Positions 56,826-64,000 of a stretch of 64,000 bases of DNA are shown in pieces (positions within the stretch are counted from its first letter, which is position 1; each line of letters opens with the position of its first letter). The notes beneath the pieces are model-generated. The model saw only the letters and a program-made list of their open reading frames with translations. It made no database searches and was not told the DNA's origin. The translations under genes were made by a program, and so were the position numbers. The DNA is taken from IMG/VR virus record IMGVR_UViG_3300032236_000727, positions 1,906 to 65,905 of that record. One strand, given 5' to 3'. This DNA is from a virus (Duplodnaviria > Caudoviricetes).

Positions 56826-56828
56826 TGG

Positions 56829-57149
56829 TTAAATCCCCGCTTGTACTACTCGTAATGTTGCCGTCCCAGATGTGTACGCTGTAACTCTAAATCTTACCGC
56901 CACGACAGGATAAGCATAAAATCCATCGGCAGACGTTTGCACGTTTGACAAAAACGGAAACCAAGTCGCTGCAGCAATAGACGCCTGGTCTGTGATTTTA
57001 TTGTATGTATGCTCCACGGTGTATGTCATTACTGCACCGGGGGAAAATGTTACTGCTAGGCCGACGTTAATCGGTGTAATGTTTAAGTCCAATGGAACTA
57101 CTTGACTAATTCCAGTTGAGCTTAACGAAGTTGTCATTGGCGTTGCCAT
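56829..57149 (-). CDS. Small virion protein, paralog of 60597-60902
   Basis: P..LD..I.P..V...P..A.R.......LRVVQAG. Confidence 0.65.
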   Translation of the reverse strand: MATPMTTSLSSTGISQVVPLDLNITPINVGLAVTFSPGAVMTYTVEHTYNKITDQASIAAATWFPFLSNVQTSADGFYAYPVVAVRFRVTAYTSGTATLRVVQAGI

Positions 57150-57158
57150 AGTATCCTC

Positions 57159-60100
57159 TTAGAAAGTTCCGCCAAAAATACCGGTTGTTGCAGTCACTGT
57201 GGATACGGAAACTGTTCCGCCTGTAATGTTCACGTTGTTCGCATTTTGCGTTGACATCGTGCCAAGTCCAGTAATTGCTGTATTTGGGATGTTACTAAAT
57301 GTGTTTGTTGAGCCACTGATTGACTTATTAGTCAATGTATCTGTAGTAGCTCGGCCTACCAATGTATCTGTAGACGTTGGCAGTGTCAGTGTGCCAGTGT
57401 TTGAAATTGTTGCAATAGTTGGCGAGGTTAAAGTTAAACCTGCCACTGTAGTAGTTGTTCCACCTAATGTTAAAGTAGAAGAGCCTAATGTAATTGTACT
57501 ATTTGCTAACTGAGCGTTACTAATTGTGCCGTTTAAGTCTGTTGTTGGTATGGTGGACGATGCAGTAAGCGCAGATGTTCCACTGCCTTTTACGTAACCT
57601 GTTAGTGTTGACGCTCCTGTACCACCATTACCAACTGGTAATATTCCTGTTACGCCAGTTGTCAGCGGTAAACCCGTTGCGTTAGTAAGAGTTACTGATG
57701 TGGGCGTACCAAGGTTTGGCGAAGTTAGTGTAGGGCTTGACGCTCTTGCAAATACGCCGCTTCCTGTACCGGTGTATTCTGCACTGGATAAATGGTAGTA
57801 CTGGCTGGATGAACCACCCTGTAAACCACCGAGACCATTATGCAATGTTACTAACGGTGTTAATACGTTTGATGCGTAATCTGTTCCATTATAAGTGGCA
57901 GTTACAGTTCTATTGGCATTTGATGTTGTAAACCCAATTCCACCCAATGCATCTGTTGCGTTAATTGTAAATGCTGGCTGTGTAGTCTGTACAATATACA
58001 GGCCATAGTTTGGAGTAATGTTGGTAATTGCTGGAGATGTTACTCCGAACAAATTATGCCAAAGACTACCGTTAACCGCTGTTTCGTTTGCATAAGTGCT
58101 TGGTACTGCAATGGTAACAACTGTGTTAGAAGTCTTTGCCGTGATTTGATAAAGACCTTGCGGTGTTTCCAAATAATCCGCCACTGTATTAGTAGCAGAT
58201 GCAACGGCTGTTGAAAAGAACGACGATGATGCCGTTACTGTTCTGGACGTTCCAGTTCCAGTTGTTGTCAGCGTGATGCTTGATGCTGACGAAAATATAA
58301 TTTGGTATGTATTGCGTGTAAACGTTGTTACACTTCCACCAGCGGTTGAGTTAACACTAGCGTAAATGTCAAACGTCCATTGACCTGCGTCTAATACTGT
58401 TCTGCCTAATGGTGCAGACTGTAAGCCAATTGCGGCAACAGTATTATTATTTGGGTTAGATGTTGCTGTCTGTGTGCCACCTGCAGTTACTGGAGTTGTT
58501 GCCAGTGTAATAATTGGTAGGGTGTTGTTTGTCCCTGTACCTGTTATTAGTGGTGTAGCATTCCAAAAACTAATGCCTTGACCAGCACTACCGCTTGGGT
58601 TATTTGATACGTTTACCCAGTTAGATCCATTCCACCCTAACAGCTGACCCAACACAGGTCCACTTACGTTTACATCGGTTAGGTTTGTTAGTGGGAAAGA
58701 ACCAGACCCACCCAAACTGATTGATGTGCCACCAACTGTGATAGCGCTGTTTGTCAACCCACTGTTTGGAATTGTTGTATTAATTGCACTAGCAGGAATG
58801 CTAATTGTGTCGTTTACTATAGAAGTAATCTGACCTTGCGCATTTACTGTAATCTGCGGAGTTTGGCTTGGTGAGCCATAAGATCCAGAAACTACTGTTG
58901 TATTTGCCAGTGCTATTGTAACCGGGGATGATCCGTTATAACTTGTGCCAGATAATCCTGTGCCAATTGTTAAAGCACTAGAAGAGGCAGCGGTAACTGT
59001 TATTGAGCCACCTAAACTGACACTGTTACCGTTAATGGTAATTGCGCTGTTTGATAACTGGCTGTTACCAATATTGCCTAACGTGCCGCCTAATGTTAGG
59101 CTGCCTGCGCTTGTTACTGTACCAGTGAGTGTAATCCCGTTTACTGATCCAGTGCCAGATACAGAAGTTACTGTTCCCTGCGGATTTGCTGCAGTTGTTA
59201 CGCTAGTTACTCTACCATACGTATCAACAGTAACAACCGGAATTAATGATGACGATCCCGTTGTACCTGGTGTAACAATTCCCGATGTTAAGTTAATTGT
59301 AGGTACTGCACCAGTTCCGCCGATGCTTAACGTACTTGATGTAATGTTTGTTACATACGTGCCTGCGGGCTGTTTACTATTAAATGTATTCCAGTCGGTG
59401 CTTGTCAAATAGCCATTTGTTGAACTACTTGCAGCGGCCATACTAATTGTCGGTGTTGCGCCACCAGATGATACTACTGGCGCTGTGCCAGATACTGATG
59501 TTACTGTACCAACGTTGATCGAGCCACCTAGGCTTGTGGGTGTTCCGTTGATAGTGATAGCACTATTGGCCAACTGAGCATTTGAAATGGTGCCACTGAG
59601 ATCGGTTGTAGGGATCGTAGCCGAACCAGTGATTGCGCTGGTCCCATTACCTTTCAAATAGCCAGTTAGGGTTACAGCTCCCGTCCCGCCGCTTGTTACG
59701 CCCAACGTACCAGCCAGGGTCACTGCGCCAGTGGTTGAGGTAGATGGTGTTAGTCCAGATAACGATGTTTGGAAAGATGTTACGCCAATCGCAGGCACAT
59801 TTTCCCAGTTTACATCATAGTCTGTATTGCTTACTTTGTAGAGGATTTGGCCTGTTGTTCCGCCAGCTGGAATACCAACACCTGGAATACCTTGAGGGCC
59901 TTGTGGGCCTGTAGGACCAGTTGCGCCGGTTGCGCCTGTAGCACCTTGAATACCCTGATCTCCGCGTGGAATGACAAACTCAAGATAGGCGTCGTTGATA
60001 GAGCCTGCGTTTGTGACACTCGCATTCGTCCCGGGTAGGCCTGTTGTGGTAGAGTAGACCTGGATTGTGGCTGCATAGCCACGTGGGCCTTGTGGGCCGA

Positions 60101-60251
60101 TTGGACCTTGTGGTCCTGTAGGACCACCTAGGTTGGCAATAGCTTGTAATTGGGCCTGTTTAGTGACCCCATTTTGCACGACAACCGATAACTCATTGCC
60201 AGTGAGTGGCCCTGTTATTACCGGTAGTTGTGATATGCTCTGATTGGCCAT
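57159..60251 (-). CDS. Long tail-fibre-like protein
   Basis: ISQLP N-terminus, short collagen block, GGTG and GTVTSV repeats, C-terminal GGTF. Confidence 0.75.
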   Translation of the reverse strand: MANQSISQLPVITGPLTGNELSVVVQNGVTKQAQLQAIANLGGPTGPQGPIGPQGPRGYAATIQVYSTTTGLPGTNASVTNAGSINDAYLEFVIPRGDQGIQGATGATGATGPTGPQGPQGIPGVGIPAGGTTGQILYKVSNTDYDVNWENVPAIGVTSFQTSLSGLTPSTSTTGAVTLAGTLGVTSGGTGAVTLTGYLKGNGTSAITGSATIPTTDLSGTISNAQLANSAITINGTPTSLGGSINVGTVTSVSGTAPVVSSGGATPTISMAAASSSTNGYLTSTDWNTFNSKQPAGTYVTNITSSTLSIGGTGAVPTINLTSGIVTPGTTGSSSLIPVVTVDTYGRVTSVTTAANPQGTVTSVSGTGSVNGITLTGTVTSAGSLTLGGTLGNIGNSQLSNSAITINGNSVSLGGSITVTAASSSALTIGTGLSGTSYNGSSPVTIALANTTVVSGSYGSPSQTPQITVNAQGQITSIVNDTISIPASAINTTIPNSGLTNSAITVGGTSISLGGSGSFPLTNLTDVNVSGPVLGQLLGWNGSNWVNVSNNPSGSAGQGISFWNATPLITGTGTNNTLPIITLATTPVTAGGTQTATSNPNNNTVAAIGLQSAPLGRTVLDAGQWTFDIYASVNSTAGGSVTTFTRNTYQIIFSSASSITLTTTGTGTSRTVTASSSFFSTAVASATNTVADYLETPQGLYQITAKTSNTVVTIAVPSTYANETAVNGSLWHNLFGVTSPAITNITPNYGLYIVQTTQPAFTINATDALGGIGFTTSNANRTVTATYNGTDYASNVLTPLVTLHNGLGGLQGGSSSQYYHLSSAEYTGTGSGVFARASSPTLTSPNLGTPTSVTLTNATGLPLTTGVTGILPVGNGGTGASTLTGYVKGSGTSALTASSTIPTTDLNGTISNAQLANSTITLGSSTLTLGGTTTTVAGLTLTSPTIATISNTGTLTLPTSTDTLVGRATTDTLTNKSISGSTNTFSNIPNTAITGLGTMSTQNANNVNITGGTVSVSTVTATTGIFGGTF

Positions 60252-60255
60252 TTTA

Positions 60256-60597
60256 TTATTCTGTTAGGTTGCCAGATTCCCCAGCGGTTGTGGCCTGCTC
60301 TGGAGTCTGAGTAACAAAAAACTCATTACCGTTCAACGGTCCTGTGTTTAATAGGTTACCACCAATTGGGCCTGTTGCAACCGACACGTCTGGGCGGGGG
60401 AACCGCAACGCAATGTTCTCTGTTTGACGCGCTGGCAAACGCCATGGGTCAAAGTTATCCTTATCGTCCTTACAAACCCTCATACCGGGAAAGTTAGGAT
60501 CGGGCATTAATTCTGTATAGGCAAACTTTCGGGAGCATCTGTCGCATATTGCTACAGATAAAACCGAATTACCCCGAGTATCGAGGTATACCGGCAT
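60256..60597 (-). CDS. Conserved Cys-containing virion-module protein
   Basis: AICDRC...VC..D.D.FDP...RFPRPD. Confidence 0.7.
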   Translation of the reverse strand: MPVYLDTRGNSVLSVAICDRCSRKFAYTELMPDPNFPGMRVCKDDKDNFDPWRLPARQTENIALRFPRPDVSVATGPIGGNLLNTGPLNGNEFFVTQTPEQATTAGESGNLTE

Positions 60598-60902
60598 TAT
60601 TTGCCTCCGGATTGGATTACTGTAAGCGTATCACCCTGTGTCGCACCAGACAAACGAATTGCACGGTATGGCTGTGTTAAATATGTCGCTGTGTTTGGCG
60701 CTGATGCTGGAGCCGAGATCCAGCTAAACGACGGCGCTACATACTGGCCTGTCGTGCTAACTGGAAATGGATTGGTCGTTGTAACTTGAACAGTTCCAGA
60801 ACCAGAGTTTGCATAGTTTACTTGAAACGGGGAAATATATTGGTCGAGCACAACTGGGGGTGTTACCCCAGTGTTATCGGCCGTTACAATTATTTCACGC
60901 AT
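60597..60902 (-). CDS. Small virion protein
   Basis: Paralog of 56829-57149. Confidence 0.65.
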   Translation of the reverse strand: MREIIVTADNTGVTPPVVLDQYISPFQVNYANSGSGTVQVTTTNPFPVSTTGQYVAPSFSWISAPASAPNTATYLTQPYRAIRLSGATQGDTLTVIQSGGK

Positions 60903-60923
60903 GGTTACTCCCTAAGAGTTGAA

Positions 60924-61376
60924 TTAGGAGTTTGTTAAACCAGAGCCGTAAGGTGTGATTGTACCGTTGATGTTGCGTGGTGTGTAAGTTACGCTCAATG
61001 TACCAACTGCGCTTGCGCCAGCTGTATAGCTAACTGCTACATCAGATGTACCAACATTTGCCAAAAGAGCAACTGCAGCTGAACCTGAAGCAAAAGTGAT
61101 AGTATTTACACCAGCGGCGTCGGACAATGTGCCAACTGCTGTACCAGCGACGGTAACGTTTGTTGCGCTAGGTGTACCAGCTGCTGTAGTAACATAGTCA
61201 CGTACGTTAGCGATGATTGAACCAGCTGGGAGTACGATAACTGTAGGTACGCCGCCAACGATAGCTGCTTGTACTGTGCATTCTGCTGCGCCAGTGTTGT
61301 CTGGGGCGATTACGCCGTTGTTTGTTGGGTTATTGCGCTTGTTAATGCGAATGGGCGCGGTAAATGTGGTTGACAT
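60924..61376 (-). CDS. Capsid-associated (cement/decoration-like) protein
   Basis: TTFTAPIR N-terminus, LPAGS motif, position after the capsid gene. Confidence 0.55.
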   Translation of the reverse strand: MSTTFTAPIRINKRNNPTNNGVIAPDNTGAAECTVQAAIVGGVPTVIVLPAGSIIANVRDYVTTAAGTPSATNVTVAGTAVGTLSDAAGVNTITFASGSAAVALLANVGTSDVAVSYTAGASAVGTLSVTYTPRNINGTITPYGSGLTNS

Positions 61377-61474
61377 GTTCTGTTCCTTGGTCTCAGTGGG
61401 TATCCCAAGCTGTCTCTGAGTGCGTCCTGCCGGGAAGGGTCGGCGGTCAGAATGGGATTATCTTCCTTATATAT

Positions 61475-61504
61475 AATAATGCAACTTTTTCAAAAAAAGC
61501 GCCC
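61475..61504 (-). promoter_or_regulatory. Phage late-class promoter GGGCG-N16-TGCATTATT
   Basis: Motif match; overlaps the TAG stop of the HNH gene. Confidence 0.75.
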
Positions 61505-61962
61505 TAAATTTGGTACTTATTTGACTTTTTTACATTTTCCTCACCAGGGATAACCCTAAGATTGGAAAACACGTGTAAACCATACACTTTTTTGCCCTGT
61601 AGGGGAATAATATGGTCTACATGGTGGGTAACGCCAGTCTCGCGGGTGAGCATGGCTGCTAGAGAGTATTTGGCTGCTATCATGCTTAGATCAGACTCTG
61701 TTAGCCATTTTGGAGTGCGTTGGAGCTGTGCTGCTTTGCGTTTACCCTGTAATGCTGCTTTAATTGATTTATTGTTTTTGTTCCATTCACGATTACGTGC
61801 ATTATGATTTTCTAAATCTTTTTCACGATTTTTTCTATGAATAGCATATCGTTTTTCTGGATTGGCCAACGCCCAAGCTTTAGCCCGTTCTTTAGCTAAT
61901 TCTTTATTACGTTCATACCACTCTTTGGCTAAACGTTTTTGGTTTTCTTTATCTCTTGCCAT
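61504..61962 (-). CDS. HNH endonuclease
   Basis: RTPKW, HVDHIIPLQG..V.GLHV..NL.VI...EN..KSN. Confidence 0.88.
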   Translation of the reverse strand: MARDKENQKRLAKEWYERNKELAKERAKAWALANPEKRYAIHRKNREKDLENHNARNREWNKNNKSIKAALQGKRKAAQLQRTPKWLTESDLSMIAAKYSLAAMLTRETGVTHHVDHIIPLQGKKVYGLHVFSNLRVIPGEENVKKSNKYQI

Positions 61963-61968
61963 ACATAT

Positions 61969-62007
61969 AATAATGCAAAAAAGGCAGCCTTTTGGGCCAC
62001 CTTTTTT
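61969..62007 (-). terminator. Terminator after the major capsid gene, fused to the phage promoter box
   Basis: AGGTGGCC-CAAAA-GGCTGCCT hairpin; T-tract runs into TGCATTATT. Confidence 0.7.
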
Positions 62008-62035
62008 GACTTTTACAACTTTTTGTTAAAGCTGA

Positions 62036-62953
62036 TTACAAGCCTGCTGTACCATAAATGTTACGAGCATCGTGCCATCCAGTTGCGTAACGCTCAGTTG
62101 CTTTATAACGCATGGAGTCAGTTTCGAAGTCTCCCTCCATAGATTTCTCCATTGGACGACGCATTACGAGCATCAAGCCATTCTCAGCATCAGTCTGAAC
62201 CCACCAAGCTTTGCTAGAGGACAAACGTGTAACCACGTGTGTACCTTTTGGCAACATGCCTGTTGATTTGATTGGGTTCAAATCATTGTCAGCTGTACCA
62301 GAACGGAGAACAGACTTCAGAATTACTTCTGCCTGGAACTCGAGTGCTGGTGGAACAACTAACTGCTCAGCCTTCAAACGGATACGCTTACCGTTGTTGT
62401 CAACTGCTGAACGGATCTGAATGAGCATTTGCTCAACAGAAGTTTGGCTCAAAGCTGCAGCTGTTGAGAGCTGGTTGCTGTAAGTTGCACCGTTAGCGAT
62501 TGGGTGTGCTGTGCTGATCAATGTAACGCCATCGCCACCTGTGTAGCCAGCTGTGAACGCAAAGTTCAACAAGTTAGCGCACAATGTTTCTTTGGTTTCA
62601 ATCATAGATTGAGCCAAGTGCTTAGCGAATGTGCTACCGATACGGATGTGATCGCCGTCTTCCATCAAAACTTTGGTCAAAGCGTATGCCAAGCCATAGA
62701 TTTGGTAGATGAAACGGGTGATGTACAAAGTACCACCTTGATCGTAGCTAACTGGAGTGCCGTCAGGCATTGCAGGAGCTGCGTTCATACCGAAGAGCAT
62801 TACTTCTTCATGGTAGTTACGTGGGATACCTTGGATCTGTTCTACGAAACCTTTCCACTCGTCAGAGCGTTGTTCGTATACACCATCAAAGACTTCGTTG
62901 ATAATCGGTTCGACTACCGCACGAAAGTCGGTACTGCGCATTGGGGTTGCCAT
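62036..62953 (-). CDS. Major capsid protein (HK97 fold, Mu gpT-like)
   Basis: 305 aa; GGDGV.L....HP, LVVPPAL, DF.T....YKA.ERY..GW.D.R; followed by a terminator. Confidence 0.88.
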   Translation of the reverse strand: MATPMRSTDFRAVVEPIINEVFDGVYEQRSDEWKGFVEQIQGIPRNYHEEVMLFGMNAAPAMPDGTPVSYDQGGTLYITRFIYQIYGLAYALTKVLMEDGDHIRIGSTFAKHLAQSMIETKETLCANLLNFAFTAGYTGGDGVTLISTAHPIANGATYSNQLSTAAALSQTSVEQMLIQIRSAVDNNGKRIRLKAEQLVVPPALEFQAEVILKSVLRSGTADNDLNPIKSTGMLPKGTHVVTRLSSSKAWWVQTDAENGLMLVMRRPMEKSMEGDFETDSMRYKATERYATGWHDARNIYGTAGL

Positions 62954-62976
62954 GTTTTAGTCCTTTCTTTCGTTAA

Positions 62977-63639
62977 TTAAACCGAGATCGACGGAGCGAC
63001 GATTTGGCTGTTAGCAACTTGAACTTGAACGATTGTAAAAGTGTCACCCCAGGCGTTTGTTTGGCCTGTTGGGTAAGCTACTTCACGTCCGAGTCCGACC
63101 ACTTTAACTTGACCTTGAGCGCCGAGAGCTACAGATGTAGCTGCCAAAGCTGTTGTCGAGAAACCAGCGCCACCGTTACCGATAGAATAACCGGCTGCAG
63201 CATTGTTAGTTGCGTCAAAGTTGTACTCTTGACCGATTGCTGTTGGGAGAACAGAACCGTTTACTTGAGCTTCATAAATCATAGCTGGATCTGTAAAGAG
63301 CCAGAAAATGATTTGTGTAGAAGCATCTAATGTTGCTTTAGATGCCCATTTAGCTACTGAACGACGACCTTGTGAGTCTGTGAACTCAACGCCATCGAAC
63401 ACGCCGAACATACGGCCTGTAGCTGCTAAAGTAGGAGCAGGGATTAATTGACCAGATGTGTTAATAGCAACTGGTTGATATTGGTAAAAAGCCTGACCTG
63501 TTGTGAGACCGTATGGTGCATTGTATGTGTTGTCAGTAGCAGCTTGGAAGCTGTTTGTGCCAACAAATTGAGTTGCGCGATCTAAACCACTTGGGTGGTA
63601 AGCTGGCTTCATACCAAAAGGTTGGAATGTCGTAGACAT
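62977..63639 (-). CDS. Capsid decoration / minor capsid protein
   Basis: PFGMKP N-terminus, GVF.GVEFTD, DP...YE.Q; directly upstream of the major capsid gene. Confidence 0.65.
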   Translation of the reverse strand: MSTTFQPFGMKPAYHPSGLDRATQFVGTNSFQAATDNTYNAPYGLTTGQAFYQYQPVAINTSGQLIPAPTLAATGRMFGVFDGVEFTDSQGRRSVAKWASKATLDASTQIIFWLFTDPAMIYEAQVNGSVLPTAIGQEYNFDATNNAAAGYSIGNGGAGFSTTALAATSVALGAQGQVKVVGLGREVAYPTGQTNAWGDTFTIVQVQVANSQIVAPSISV

Positions 63640-63669
63640 CTATTTTATCCTTTGTGTTTTTGAAGAATG

Positions 63670-64000
63670 TTAAGAGAAACGAATGTTTTTGTTATTCGCT
63701 TTTGCGGTTTCCTTTTCCATTTCCAAAAGCCCGCCTTCCAAGACTGACCGTCCGCCCTTATTACCCTGCGCAGTATCACGAACATTAGCCGTAATATTAC
63801 GTTGGTGCTCGAGGGGATCCTCGAGATGGAGCATGCGCATCACTTCTTGGTAAACGTCCTCTGGTAACTTAAAGAGAACCATTTCGTTACAACTAACACA
63901 GCCTTCAAACTTGCCCGAGCTCATCTTGCCTAGTCCTTCAAAGCCTTTTCCTAATTCTCCGGCTTTAACTGGCTCATAACCCAACGCCATACGTTTGTCG
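63670..64000 (-). CDS. 3' part of a conserved head-module protein (5' end is outside the window)
   Basis: R..LGYEPV...EMVLFKLP; frame is open to the window edge. Confidence 0.65.
   Translation of the reverse strand, partial: DKRMALGYEPVKAGELGKGFEGLGKMSSGKFEGCVSCNEMVLFKLPEDVYQEVMRMLHLEDPLEHQRNITANVRDTAQGNKGGRSVLEGGLLEMEKETAKANNKNIRFS

Noticed and set aside
1-64000. Stop-codon reassignment or integrated prophage
   Set aside because: Genes are full length in the standard code with all three stops used; no suppressor tRNA, integrase or flanking host genes are present

Overview
The window is almost a whole (~65 kb, circularly permuted) tailed dsDNA phage genome with a podovirus-like (P22/APSE-style) virion module. 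The host is probably a freshwater betaproteobacterium; this is inferred from spanins and operator-like sites, not proven. Layout: packaging genes on the minus strand (portal, TerL, a free-standing intein-like gene; 1-6.55 kb); a non-coding divergence region and probable genome end (6.6-7.7 kb); rightward early genes with a sigma-like gene (7.7-11.7 kb); replication genes (primase-helicase, VRR-NUC, SNF2 helicase, Cas4-like nuclease, SSB, class II RNR, PolA, two tRNAs; 12-29.8 kb); and a leftward late region (ejection proteins, tail, lysis, fibres, capsid; 29.8-64 kb). No integrase, CRISPR array or reverse transcriptase was seen. Main unusual signals: (1) two hammerhead ribozymes with identical stem II flank the first early ORF, so the excised RNA could re-form a hammerhead across its own ends and circularise; (2) a dense array of different host-regulator-like operators (CIRCE, MraZ, Fur, IHF, IclR-, TetR-, GntR-, PhaR-, LexA-like) near the probable genome end; (3) a sigma factor lacking region 4 plus a separate sigma-4-like protein, matched by two classes of a 14-copy phage promoter; (4) a covarying RBS-sequestering RNA structure in front of two unrelated HNH genes; (5) a recurring [FY]AxGG motif that punctuates injected proteins, including an ART-domain polyprotein; (6) a catalytically degenerate stand-alone intein next to terL. 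All protein family calls come from motif recognition by eye, not database searches.
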